DNA of 64,000 nucleotides from Isurus oxyrinchus (GCA_026770705.1 JANJGN010001481.1:62001-126000); one strand, 5' to 3'. Positions 50,101 to 63,757 are shown, numbered from the stretch's first letter. Notes: generated by a model from the sequence alone, not told the origin. Numbers and translations: made by a program.

Positions 50101-52325
50101 GTCACCATGTCAGCCACTTCCATCAGCGCACACTCATTACTAATCCATGGATACCCTGGGCAAGCCCCTCCACGGTCACCGGATGGGGAGGTGGTTGTAC
50201 ACTCAACGCCCCTCCTGCACAGTCAGTTGGCCACTGGGTCACCACATCTTGGCCATTCACACCTCTGTTACGAAGACACTTGCAAAGGCAGACCTGAAGC
50301 TGGAGGGAGTGGACGTTGCAAACAGGACGCTGGTCTCTGGCCTGTGGGGATGGGACTGTTTGGGTTCTCTTAGCTCAGGTTGTCTCTGGCCTGTGGAGGT
50401 GGGACTGTTTGGGTTCTCTTAGCTCAGGTTGTCTCTGGCCTGTGGAGGTGGGACTGTTTGGGTTCTCTTAGCTCAGGTTGTCTCTGGCCTGTGGAGGTGG
50501 GACTGTTTGGGTTCTCTTAGCTCAGGTTGTCTCTGGCCTGTGAAGGTGGGACTGTTTGGGTTCTCTTAGTCCATCTCTCCCCAGTGGATTTGTCCCTCGC
50601 CCATGGATCCCTCCTTTCTCTCTCTCTGCCCTCTCGGTTCCACATTGTGTGCAGAAACAGAAAGTTCCTCCATCTGTGGAGGGGACTGAGGAGAGACGGA
50701 GGCCACAGTGAATGGTTCACATTCCGCACCCACTGCCTTCATTGTCAGCAAACGGCAGCGGAGGTGGAGAAGCCGGGGTCTGGGCTCTTGAGCCACACCG
50801 GGTGATGCTGGACAGAGAGTTGACCCGACACGGCCACAAACCATTTCCCACACACCCATATCCTCACCTGAAACACTGAATCACTCACATCATTGATGTT
50901 TGAATGTTCCCCAAGGCTGAACGGGGTTTGTTTGGTGGGAGAGGGAGTGGTGGGGGAGGACGGGGGAGGGAGGAGTGTGGGGAGGGGGAGTGGAGGGAGG
51001 GGAGAGGGTGTGGGGGGAGTGGCCGGGGGTTAGTGAGGGGAGTGGGGGGAGTGTGGGAGGGAGTGGCCTGGGTGTGTGGGGGGAGTGGGTGGGGTGGGGG
51101 AGTGGCGGGGGAAGTGGGAAGGGGGGATGGGGGAGTGGGAGTGGCAGGGGTGTGGGGGGAGTGGGGTGAGTGGAGAGTGGGGAGTGGGTGTGGCAGGGAG
51201 TGTGAGTGGGGGGAGGGGCGAGGGAGGAGTGGGGGTAGGGGTGTGTGAGGGAGGGAGTGGGGGGAGTGACCGTGGGGCGGTTGGGGTGACTGGGGGGTAG
51301 GGGGTAGGGGGGAGTAGGAGTCAGCGTTTGGGAGGGAGTGGGGGGAGTTGGGGGAGGGGGGGAGCGGCGGAGAGGTGGGGGGTGTGCGGTGTGGGAGTGG
51401 CGGGGAGGGGCGAGTGGTGGGTTGGGGGGGCATTGGGGAGGAGTGGGCGGAGTGGTGGGTGTGGTGGGGGGAGTGAGGGTGGTGGGGAAGTGAGTGGGGG
51501 AATGGGGGGAGCGAGTGGGGGCAGTGGGAGGGAGGGTGAGTGGTTGGAGGGGGTAGGGGGGACTGGGGGGTGGGGGAATGGGGGGTGTAGAGAGAGAGAG
51601 AGAGTTTGCTAGTTTCCCTCCAGCCTGTGTATGAAGATTTGCTTCACACAAACCTCCCCGAAAGGACTTGCGCTTCTTATTTGAAGTGTTAACGCGCCAG
51701 CTTATATCTCATTTGGAAGGTGATTATTATTCTGGTTTGATTTGTTAATATTATTTTTGATTGGCCAGCTGGATTTTACCATTTCACAATGAGGTAATTG
51801 GGTAAAGGAGAGAGAGCGGTTAATGATGGATTCTTCATGGAGATTTGGAGCTGACCAGCTCACAGCCCTATCAGGACTGGCTCCTGGTTTCATGTCCGAG
51901 TCCCTGTGAACACCAGCAGCGCAGGGACAAGCCGCAGTGTCTGTGGGAACATTGGAAAAGCACAGATTAGGCACTGCTGGAATGAGATGAAGCCTCAGAA
52001 CAGTTTCAAATAGGTGCGATAGGCCGGGGGGAGGGGGCTGCCCTGTATAATCCGCCGCTTATTCCAGCCTCTTTGTTTTTATTGGTCTTCATTATGGAAA
52101 GGATTTGCTGTGGGAGGTAGGTTTGGACTTGTCATTCAGGTCAGACTGAGAGGATTTGGGACATTTTATCCACTGGGAAGGTTGCAGTAAAAACCACATA
52201 GATCGTCACCAATATCCAGGTGGTTGCAGCACCACCACTTACTGGAGTTTACAGAGGTTTTAGCTCCCAGTAGAACAGAGTGGGGATGTTTTTGAACAAG
52301 ATCTACACCTGTTTGAGTCTCTGTG

Positions 52326-53124
52326 TTCACCAGCAGCGCAGTAATAAACCGCAGGGTCAGTCAGCTCCACGCTCAGTATTTTCAGGCTGCACCACTTGGT
52401 GTTGTGTCTTGTCACTTCAAACCTCTCCTTGAACCCCTCTTCAGGCCTGGGCTCTGAGGTACCCACCGAGGTGACCATGAGCTGCAGCCCTGCCCCGGGG
52501 TGCTGACGATACCAGGACATGGAGCTGTCACTGCTGTCGTTCTGGTAACAGCCCATCTCCACCATCTCCCCTTTTCCCACGGACAATCTCTTGGGCCACT
52601 GGGTAATGAGAGCGCTCCTGCAGACAGCTACAGAGAAACACTTTTATTACATTAAAAAACAAACCACAGGCACATAGGGTCAAACATCAACTTTCTGGTG
52701 ATGGGGCCGGTTCTGTACATTTTAAAACACCAGAATCCGTAGAATTGGATTGGGGAACCGTGCCTGCCCATCTCTGGCGAGGCCATTTCCAATTAAACCC
52801 CCACTCCCGTGCCCTTTACCGTCAGCCCGAGCAATATTACCCCATTTGGAAATTTACCCCGTTCCTTGTGTGGGGCACAAGTTGCAGCTGCTTCCCCAGC
52901 CTCTCATGCAATGTATTCTCCAGACCACAGCCACTCACTGCTTCAGTCAGTAAGGAACCTGCTCAATCCCTTCACTGACCGAAGCCTTTCTGCAGCTTCT
53001 AATGCTCCAAGAATTGAAGTTTCCCCCAAAAGCAGGTTTAGAGCGGTCAGGGTTGGCCTACAAAGGATGAAAAGTAACCTGGGAGCAGCAGAAACATGAG
53101 GTACAGGAAAGCACTGTGCAGCAT
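52326..53124 (-). CDS. TCR V gene segment V8, type B, intact (leader 53079-53124, V exon 52326-52627)
   Basis: As V7 except WYRQ. 23-RSS present. Confidence 0.9.
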
Positions 53125-53378
53125 GATGCTGGAATCATGAACCACCCTGGGTCAATCCTTCTGCTCCATCCCAGCTCTCAGACAGACACACTGCAGCTCC
53201 AAATCCGCTGTCACACCTCTCGGGTTTGGGGGTGTGGAGACGACAACATTTCAGCAACACCCACAAGGTGTTTACTGGCCCGTTTCTTACCCGAGACAAA
53301 CAGCCAACCCTTTTCCTGTCTGTGGATAGCAGAATGATAAGTACACGGCGTTGTCTGGCAAGGTGCAGAACATTGCAT

Positions 53379-54557
53379 GCACTGTCAGAGGGTCAGTACT
53401 GAGGGAGTGCTGCACAGTCGGAGGGTCAGTACTGAGGGAGTGCTGCACAGTCGGAGGGTCAGTACTGAGGGAGTGCTGCACAGTCGGATGGTCAGTACTG
53501 AGGGAGTGCTGCACTGTCAGAGGGTCAGTACTGAGGGAGCGCTGCACTGTCAGAGGGACAGTACTGAGAGAGTGCTGCACTGTTTGAGTGTCAGTACTGA
53601 GCGAGTGCTGCACTGTCAGAGGGTCAGTACTGAGGGAGTGCTGCACTGTCAGAGGGTAAGTACTGAGTGAGTGCTGCACTGTTTGAGGGTCAGTACTGAG
53701 CGAGTGCTGCACTGTCAGAGGGTCAGTACTGAGGGAGTGCAGCACTGTCGGAGGGTCAGTACTGAGGGAGTGCAGCACTGTCAGAGGGTCAGTACTGAGG
53801 GTGTGCAGCACTGTCGGAGGGTCAGTACTGAGGGAGTGCTGCACTGTTGGAAGCTCAGTTCTGAGGGAGTGCTGCACTGTCAGAGGGTCACCACTGAGGG
53901 CGTACTGCACTGTCAGAGGGTCAGCACTGAGGGAGTGCTGCACTGTCAGAGGGTCAGTACTGGGGGAGTGCTGCACTGTCGGAGGGTCAGTACTGAGGGA
54001 GTGCTGCACTGTCAGCGGTTTAGCACTGAGGGAGTGCTGCACTCTCGGAGGGTCAGTACTGAGGGAGCCCTGCACTGTCAGAGGGTCTGCACTGAGGGAG
54101 TGCTGCACTGTCAGAGGGTCTGCACTGAGGGAGTGCTGCGCTGTCGGAGGGTCAGCACTGAGGGAGTGCTGCACTGTCAGAGGGTCAGTACTGAGGGAGT
54201 GCTGCACTGTCGGAGGGTCAGCACTGAGGGAGTGCTGCACTGTCGAAGGGTCAGCACTGAGGGAGTGCTGCACTGTCAGAGGGTCAGTACTGAGGGAGTA
54301 CTGCACTGTCGGAGGGTCAGTACTGAGGGAGTGCTGCACTGTCGGAGGGTCAGCACTGAGGGAGTGCTGCACTGTCAGAGGGTCAGTACTGAGGGAGTAC
54401 TGCACTGTCGGAGGGTCAGTACTGAGGGAGTGCTGCACTTTCGAGGGTCAGTAATGAGGGAGTGCTGCACTGTCGGAGGGTCAGTAATGAGGGTGTACCG
54501 CACTGTCAGAGGGTCAGCACTGAGGGAGTGCTGCACTGTCAGAGGCTCAGCACTGAG
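53379..54557. repeat. 33-bp minisatellite (~36 units)
   Basis: Same unit. Confidence 0.95.
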
Positions 54558-57500
54558 ACAGTGCTGTGTGATGAAATGGTCAGCATCGAAGGGTTTTCCA
54601 ATGTTGCAGAGTTCATACTGAGGTTCCGCTGTATTCCGTGAATCTATAATGTGGAGATGCTGCACTCTCCAATGTACTGAGTGAACCCTACACTTCCTTC
54701 CGACTGCCACGTGAAGCAGATCTTCCAGAATCGAAGCAACGTAGAAATGGTGTGGGGCATACGCTGTTGAAGAGGCAAAAGGAGAGTACAGACAAAAGAT
54801 ACAAGACAAGAGATCCCAAATAACTAAGGAGCAATGCAAGAGGAGCCAAGGGCAGGGACAGTGGTTGCAGCCATGCTCCTGGCTGAGTTTTAATGACAAA
54901 ATAATGAAAACCTCCAGCCAAAAAAGCAAACAAATAACATGAAAACAAAGATCCGAGGCAACAGAAACAAGAGGGTGAAATGGTGGGGGTGGGGCTTTCA
55001 TAATCTGCAGCTGTTGAATTCAGAGCTGAGCCTGAGGTGCGGTGAAAGGCCTGGTGCTGAGGCTGGGCCAGTTGCCTTTGGAAGGGGACAGGGTGCCACA
55101 GGAGTTAGAGGAGTCGGCCAGGGTGCTGCAGGGTGAACGCTGATAGAGAAGCAGAGGTCAAGTTGTGTTCGGCTTAAGGGCTGTGCTGAGGCTGGTTGAA
55201 ATGGGTCAAGGTGTTGACTTGAATGTGAATTCTAATGGGTTGGGGAGTGAGGAGGACAGAAATCTGGCCACAGTTCTCGGGGAGAGAGGGAAAGGATTAA
55301 GAGTACATGAGTGTGAAATGGGTCAGGCATGAGTGAGAGCCTCCTCAAATGCAGTGAGTCAGGAGCGATCCTCGGTTGAGGAAAAGGAAGACATATGTGA
55401 AGCAATGTTGTGGAAGGTTGCAGAGTCGGAAATGATGCAAGCGAGACAGGAAAGGGGAGAATCGATTGGAGCCCTTACAGTAGGATGTGTGTGAGGAAGT
55501 GCAGCCACAGTCAGTGAAGATGTGGAAGTGTGCGGGCCCTTGGTGATTATTAGTAGGTTGACTACCCCCCCGAAATGGAGGCATAGAAGGTGAGGAAGTG
55601 AAGTGAATTGTGGAAAGTGAAGTCGATGGAGGGCTGGAAACTGGAAGGAAAGCTGATGAAGGATTCTGGTTCTGCATGAGGACAGGAAACACCATCGATG
55701 TGTACTTCGTGGGGGGGGGGTGGGGGTTAAAAGCCTAGGTAGGAGGCAGAGTAGGGCTGGAAAAGGGAACGTCCCACATAACCCACAAAGAGACAGGTAT
55801 AATTGGGATTTACCATAACAACACCTTTTATTTCGAGGAAGTGAGATGTACTAATGGAGGCAATGCTCAATTCCAGAACAAGTTCAGCCAAGGTTCTGAT
55901 CTCAATCCTTTCCCTCTCTCCAAAAACCACAACCCCTGATTTCCATTCTCCCTGCTTCCCAACCCACTCGATTTCATATTCAAAGGAACGTCTTGGGCCA
56001 GCGCTGTGGAAAGCGGAGTGATTGAGTCGCTGTCCAAGGGAGAATCAGAGAGCACTCTGACCATTCTGGTAGGATATTGAGGTGTAGAGGTATTGGATGC
56101 CCACAGTGGACAGGTGGCCTCGAAGACCTTCGTATTGTTCAAGTCACATAGAGGCCATCACAAGAGGCACGGATGTGGGTGGGGAGAGGCTGGACAAGTG
56201 GAGAAAAGATTGAGTGAATATAGGAAGCAGTAAGTTCAGTTCTGCAGGAGCAGGCTGAAGATGGGGCTACCAGGGGAGTCCTGTTTGTGGATTATAGAAA
56301 GGAGATGGAAGTGAGCTGTTGGGCATTGGCCAACTATGAGTTGCAAAGCTGTGGAGGAAAGGTCTCCAGTGGAACTAAAGTCAGCAGCAGTGCTGAAAGC
56401 AATGGCTTGATGCTCCGTGGTGGGGTCATGGTTCAGAGGAGCTAGGAAGGAGTGCCTGGGAGCTGACATTCATCCTCTGCATGTAGAGGTCTGTACAGCG
56501 TACACCGATAGCAGCAACTTCTCAGCAGTTCTGATAGAAAGATTATTGAACATTATTCTCACCAGACGTAGAAGCCACAGTGCAGAATGTGCTACACATC
56601 ACTGCATGGTGTGTACTACATTGAGGATGTAACCCTGCTAGCTTTTTCATTCGAAGCAGAAACACCCCTTCATATCACCGCCAACCATACCTGCCCACCC
56701 AGATTTCTTAAAACAAGAATCACGGTGTTGCAACTGGAGTGAGCTGGTTCTCTCCAGCGTTCCCACACAGAGCGCCCAAGTGAAATGGAATAGATCCCCA
56801 GTCACCATGCACACTCTCAACACATGGGGCGCTAGAGCAGGAAACGGCTGACTGGTGAAAACTGAGGACACTGCGGGGAAACCTGTCATTGAAGCCAAGT
56901 GACCCAGAGGGACCCGAGCAAGAAACCTCTGAATGCACTGGGAGACGCCAGAAACAAGTTCCAAGAGGCTGTCAGGGCGGTGCAGCCTTGATCTGACCAG
57001 AATGACTGCTGGTTACAACTCAGCCAGAACACCCAGGTGTCCTACCACATGGGGAATGGCAAGGGGCATACATGTCGCTATCAGAAAGGGAACAGGTCAC
57101 TCGGTGAAGAAAGCTGCTCAATTCAAAAGAGAGGCGGGGGAGGTCATCACTGACTGCAATAAGCTGCTGGTGTGATGGTGTCACATTGGGTGGTACTCTA
57201 GGGAGAAGACAGTTACCGAGGAAGCGCCAGGCATCCGGCAGAGGTGCAGCCTGTCATGGGCAGAGTGAAATTCGAATGAGCATTGGAGGGGTTTCTGAAA
57301 GCTGTAGAATCACCAGCAATTATGGGCAGAGCTCCAGGGGCTGATGATATACCACCTTGAAATCATCAAGCACAGGACATTAGCTCTCCTGCAGCATCTG
57401 CATGAAGTGGACTGGAGCGAGCGGGCAGCTGCCCAGGTATCTGTGTGTTGCAAAGATGCACAGGAACCAGGCAGCAATTCTAACAATGATAGAGGAGTCA

Positions 57501-60500
57501 CCCTGCTGGGCAAGGTAGGAAAGGCATCAGACTGCAGGATTTGGCTGAGAACATCTACCTCGAATCCCAGTGTGACTTCCTCAGTGGAAGACCTTCGGCT
57601 GACATGACCTCTGAGTCAGGCAGCAGCAAGAGAAATGCCGTGACCACGGAGACCACGACACATTCCAGTCAGGCAGCCCATGAAGCCTTTCACCCCATGT
57701 GATGAGTGGCAGTCTGTCTAGGGTGCTGGAGAGAACTGGCTGTCACCAAATATTCTGGATGTGATCTTCTCTTCCCACAGCAACATACTAGGTAAACTCA
57801 GCTGCGACAACTGGACATTGGAACCCTTTAAGACCCACAGTGTTACAGGCAGAGCCGCGAGCAGCTCCGGCAGTGTTTGACCTGTTCATTTTCTAGCTGC
57901 TGTCATGTGCTGACAGGTCACCTACAGATGGGGGAACTACTTACCGATCAGAACAGATGGGAAAACATGTGTTGCTCTGAGATCCATGGCACCAAGCCCT
58001 CAGCAGTGAGTTACTCACGGCTGACATCCCGCACTTACAATCCATACTGAGGAACAGCAGCAGCGCGATACAGGCAGAGCAGCTCACACCTGTAAATAAT
58101 TCTGCTTGTCTATCAGCAACAGGAAGAAACATGTCCTGGCCTATGAAGTTGCCATGCCACCATTGATAGCTCCTCATACCTAGGCTCCACAATCACCAGC
58201 AATCTGTCACTTCATGTCCAAACCAGCACACACACTGCACAAGCTCTGACTGTGATGAAACAGTGTAAGATATTGTGAGGTAACATCAACCTTACCAAGA
58301 ACTTTGTCAAAGCCGCATTGGCAGGCGTGCTCCAATCTACACGGTGAGACCTGAGCACCATGGGCTAGGCAGGAGGACAGGCTCTCTCAGGCGTCTCCTC
58401 AGCATCTCTCACCAGGGGCAAGGTCACCATGTCAGCCACTTCCATCAGCGCACACTCTTTACTAATCCATGGATACCCTGGGCAAGCCCCTCCACGTTCA
58501 CCGGATGGGGAGGTGGTTGTACACTCAACGCCCCTCCTGCACAGTCAGTTGGCCACTGGGTCACCACATCTTGGCCATTCACACCTCTGTTACGAAGACA
58601 CTTGCAAAGGCAGACCTGAAGCTGGAGGGAGTGGACGTTGCAAACAGGACGATGGTCTCTGGCCTGTGGAGGTGGGACTGTTTGGGTTCTCTTAGCTCAG
58701 GTTGTCTCTGGCCTGTGGAGGTGGGACTGTTTGGGTTCTCTTAGCTCAGGTTGTCTCTGGCCTGTGGGGATGGGACTGTTTGGGTTCTCTTAGCTCAGGT
58801 TGTCTCTGGCCTGTGGAGGTGGGACTGTTTGGGTTCTCTTAGTCCATCTCTCCCCAGTGGATTTGTCCCTCGCCCATGGATCCCTCCTTTCTCTCTCTCT
58901 GCCCTCTCGGTTCCACATTGTGTGCAGAAACAGAAAGTTCCTCCATCTGTGGAGGGGACTGAGGAGAGACGGAGGCCACAGTGAATGGTTCACATTCCGC
59001 ACCCACTGCCTTCATTGTCCGCAAACGGCAGTGGAGGTGGAGAAGCCAGGGTCTGGGCTCTTGAGCCAGACCGGGTGATGCTGGACAGAGGGTTGACCCG
59101 ACACGGCCACAAACCATTTCCCACACACCCATATCCTCACCTGAAACACTGAATCACTCACATCATTGATGTTTGAATGTTCCCCAAGTCTGAACGGGGT
59201 TTGTTTGGGGGGAGGGAGGAGTGTGGCGAGGGAGGAGTGGAGGGAGGGGAGAGGGTGTGGGGGGAGTGGCCGGGGGTTAGTGTGGGGAGTGGGGGGAGTG
59301 TGGGAGGGAGTGGCCTGGGTGTGTGGGGGGAGTGGGTGGGGTGGGGGAGTGGCGGGGGAAGTGGGAAGGGGGGATGGGGGAGTGGGAGTGGCAGGGGTGT
59401 GGGGGGAGTGGGGTGACTGGAGAGTGGGGAGTGGGTGTGGCAGGGAGTGTGAGTGGGGGGAGGGGCGAGGGACGAGTGGGGGTAGGGGTGTGTGAGGGAG
59501 GGAGTGGGGGGAGTGACCGTGGGGCGGTAAGGGTGACTGGGGGGTAGGGGGTAGGGGGGAGTAGGAGTCAGCGTTTGGGAGGGATTGGGGGGAGTTGGGG
59601 GAGGGGGGGAGCGGCGGAGAGGTGGGGGGTGTGCGATGTGGGAGTGGCGGGGAGGGGCGAGTGGTGGGTTGGGGGGGCATTGGGGAGGAGTGGGCGGAGT
59701 GGTGGGTGTGGTGGGGGGAGTGAGGGTGGTGGGGAAGTGAGTGGGGGAATGGGGGGAGCGAGTGGGGGCAGTGGGAGGGAGGGTGAGTGGTTGGAGGGGG
59801 TAGGGGGGACTGGGGAGTGGGGGAATGGTGGGTGTAGAGAGAGAGAGAGAGTTTGCTAGTTTCCCTCCAGCCTGTGTATGAAGATTTGCTTCACACAAAC
59901 CTCCCCGAAAGGACTTGCGCTTCTTATTTGAAGTGTTAACGCGCCAGCTTATATCTCATTTGGAAGGTGATTATTATTCTGGTTTGATTTGTTAATATTA
60001 TTTTTGATTGGCCAGCTGGATTTTACCATTTCACAGTGAGGTAATTTGGTAAAGGAGAGAGAGAGCGGTTAATGATGGATTCTTCATGGAGATTTGGAGC
60101 TGACCAGCTCACAGCCCTATCAGGACTGGCTCCTGGTTTCATGTCCGAGTCCCTGTGAACACCAGCAGCGCAGGGACAAGCCGCAGTGTCTGTGGGAACA
60201 TTGGAAAAGCACAGATTAGGCACTGCTGGAATGAGATGAACCCTCAGAACAGTTTCAATTAGGTGCGATAGGCTGGGGGGAGGGGGCTGCCCTGTATAAT
60301 CCACCGCTTATTCCAGCCTCTTTGTTTTTATTGGTCTTCATTATGGAAAGGATTTGCTGTGGGAGGTAGGTTTGGACTTGTCATTCAGGACAGACTGAGA
60401 GGCGTTGGGACATTTTATCCACTGGGAAGGTTGCAGTAAAAACCACATAGATCGTCACCAATATCCAGGTGGTTGCAGCACCACCACTTACTGGAGTTTA

Positions 60501-60574
60501 CAGAGGTTTTAGCTCCCAGTAGAACAGAGTGGGGATGTTTTTGAACAAGATCTACACCTGTTTGAGTCTCTGTG

Positions 60575-61504
60575 TTCACTCGCAGCGCAGTAATAAACCG
60601 CAGTGTCAGTCAGCTCCACGCTCAGTATTTTCAGGCTGCACAACTTACGGTCGGGTCTGGTCACATTAAACCTCTTCTTGAAACCATCTTCAGGCCTGGG
60701 CTCTGAGGTACCCACCGAGGTGACCATGAGCTGCAGCCCTGCTCCGGGGTGCTGACGGTACCAGTATATGTTGATATGCTCAGTGTCGTTCTGGTAACAG
60801 CCCATCTCCACCGTGTCCCCCTCTCTAACGGACAGACGGCTCGGCCACTGGGAAACCAGGGCGCTCCTGCAGGAGGCTGAGGAGGGAGGTGAGAGACAGA
60901 GCGGATCAGAAATGAACTGGCACCATCAGGATGTGGAGAAAGCTATTGTCGAATCTCACAGCGCAGCTCTCGGTCGCTCAGCTCCCTTCACCCAGAAACA
61001 GAACCATAATGTCTGGGTGCCCAGTGTCGCCCCAGCTCAGTGGTAGCGGCGCTCTCTGGAGATACTTGTCCTGGGTGCAGATTTGTGTGCAATACTCCTG
61101 CCCAGCAGCTTCCCATACCCCACACCGCTAACTCTGCCGCGTTCGCCGCGCCCCACACACTTTAACTCTCCAGTGAGACGGACTCTTCCTGCTCAGTGAG
61201 GCTGCTCACCTCCCCAGCTCGGCTGCCAAGGGGCTTTGCATTTGTATGTAGTCCTATCCCCTTTCCCTCAACCCTTTGTCCAGCAGATATTCCCCGCCCG
61301 TCTATTGTTCCCAGTTACTTTGGCAGAATGCAACTTCCGCACTATGACTGGCAACACCGAGCTCAACAATATCCAATTCTACAAATGATCCAACTGAATG
61401 AATTGTCGCTTCAGCAACAGGGAGCCCATTCCCCCTTACAAATATTCATTGTAACCTGGTAGCAGCAGCAGCAACAGTGGAGAGAGATTCACTGTCCAGC
61501 CCAT
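60575..61504 (-). CDS. TCR V gene segment V9, type A (leader 61456-61504, V exon 60575-60876)
   Basis: Intact. CDR1 TEHIN(I), CDR2 GTSEPRP, HV4 FNVTRPDRKL, 23-RSS. Confidence 0.92.
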
Positions 61505-62745
61505 GATGCGGGACTTTCACACGCTCTCTCAAACTCGCAGCTTCGCCCGCTTTCACAGACTGGAGTTATACTGCCGCTGCGCCTCGTGATATGGCTGCGT
61601 GCGGAAGTGATGTCATTGGAAGCTCACTCAACAGGACAGGTCCTTGCTGACCAAAGCACAGCAGGTGGCCCTTCCGTAGCCGGCCAGGTGAGAAGGATGA
61701 ATATCCAGCTCTGACTGCCATGTGGAAATTGGATCCATGGCCGGAATTTACTCAGGGGCTTTTGTTTCCTTATTTGTTCCCGGGATGTGGCCTTCACTGG
61801 CCCAGCCCAGCAATTATAGCCCGTTCCTAACTGGGAAGGAATGTTCCAGTCAAAGCGCCCTAGGAAGGTCCTGCCTCGGTTGTTGAATGTCGCCCCGCCT
61901 TTCGCTTGGCTGTGGAAGTGGCTGCATATCATGGAGGTCCAGAGAAAACCCCCTCCCCCATTGTCCCTCCAAACAAGGCAGATGACTCTTTCCTGCCTGG
62001 TCACTGGGTGGGGTTAACAATACAGGTGGTCAGGCTGCCTGGCAATGTGCATTGTGTTACAGATGATTGGTTGCAAAGATTGGAACCAGTTGGCCGCATG
62101 TGGCCTGTGGAGAGATAGTTCATGTGGAAACCCTGTCCAATCCTCTCGAGTTGGTCTAATGTGTCCACTCGGCAGCTCAGGCTCTCTGCACAGGGAACTG
62201 ACTTTGACGTCCCATAACAAGCTATTGCTCTTACCCGACAGTATAAGTAGCAGCGAGGAAACACGGACAGCCATTATTCAGCCAGATCAAGCTGAGAGCC
62301 GATCTGATAGATATGTTCCACATTAGGGCCATGGTTAGATTTGGGACTGAAGCTTTTCCCCTTGACAATAATCTAAGGGAACGGGGGTCGCCGATTAAAG
62401 TGGATTCATAAACGGCCGACAGGGGAGATTCAGGTGATTTTTAATTCTAACTGATTGTGTTATTAAGAGGTTACAGGAAGCAGATACAGCGGGAACTTTG
62501 AGAAGAGATTTGAATGGAACATTATTTCCCTGTCGCTTTGAGGGAATGGAATTACTGAGAAGGGATATGAAGCAGTTTGAACTGAACACTGTCCCCGTGT
62601 TAACCTTCACCTTTCACTCGAGCTAATTCCCTCCGCTTTGGGAGGTGCTGAGTTTGGGGTTCCGAACTGTTGAGAAGCTGAGACATTGTTCTAGCCAGTC
62701 ACAATCTTGTGGGAAATCGGACACCCTTCATCAATGATCTGGTGA

Positions 62746-63502
62746 CACGTTCAGTATTTTCAGGCTGCACGACTTAATTTCGGGTCTGGTGACATCAAAC
62801 CTCTCCTTGAACCCCTCTTCAGGCCTGGGCTCTGAGGTACCCACCGAGGTGACCATGAGCTGCAGCCCTGCCCCGGGGTGCTGTTGATACCAGTACATGG
62901 AGCTGTCACTGCTGTCGTTCTGGTAACAGCCCATCTCCACCATCTCCCCTTTTCCCACGGACAATCTCTTGGGCCACTGGGTAATGAGAGCGCTCCTGCA
63001 GACAGCTACAGAGAAACACTTTTATTACATTAAAAAACAAACCACAGGCACATAGGTTCAAACATCAACTTTCTGGTGATGGGGCCGGTTCTGTACATTT
63101 TAAACCACTAGAATCCGTAGAATTGGATTGGGGAACCGTGCCTGCCCATCTCTGGCGAGGCCATTTCCAATTAAACCCCCACTCCCGTGCCCTTTACCGT
63201 CAGCCCGAGCAATAATACCCCATTTGGAAATTTACCCCGTCCCTTGTCTGGACACAAGTTGCAGCTGCTTCCCCAGCCTCTCATGCAATGTATTCTCCAG
63301 ACCACAGCCACTCACTGCTTCAATCAGTAAGGAACCTGCTCAATCTCTTCACTGACCGAAGCCTTTCTGCAGCTTCTAATGCTCCAAGAATTGAAGTTTC
63401 CCCCCAAAAGCAGGTTTAGAGCGGCCAGGGTTGGCCTACAAAGGATGAAAAGTAACCTGGGAGCAGCAGAAACATGAGGTACAGGAAAGCACTGTGCAGC
63501 AT
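62746..63502 (-). pseudogene. 3'-truncated TCR V pseudogene V10, type B (leader 63457-63502, V remnant 62746-63005)
   Basis: Same truncation point as V4 (GATCTGGTGAC|ACG). No YYC motif or RSS. Confidence 0.9.
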
Positions 63503-63757
63503 GGTGCTGGAATCATGAACCACCCTGGGTCAATCCTTCTGCTCCATCCCAGCTCTCAGACAGACACACTGCAGCTCCAAATCCACTGTCACTCCTCTCG
63601 GGTTTGGGGGTGTGGAGACGACAACATTTCAGCAACACCCACAAGGTGTTTACTGGCCCGTTTCTTACCCGAGACAAACAGCCAACCCTTTTCCTGTCTG
63701 TGGATAGCAGAATGATAAGTACACGGCGTTGTCTGGCACGGTGCAGGACATTGCATG

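Noticed and set aside
50885-51651. Pro-rich and Gly-rich ORFs over the G tracts, and antisense ORFs over PLEs
   Set aside because: Low-complexity or shadow frames with no coding evidence.
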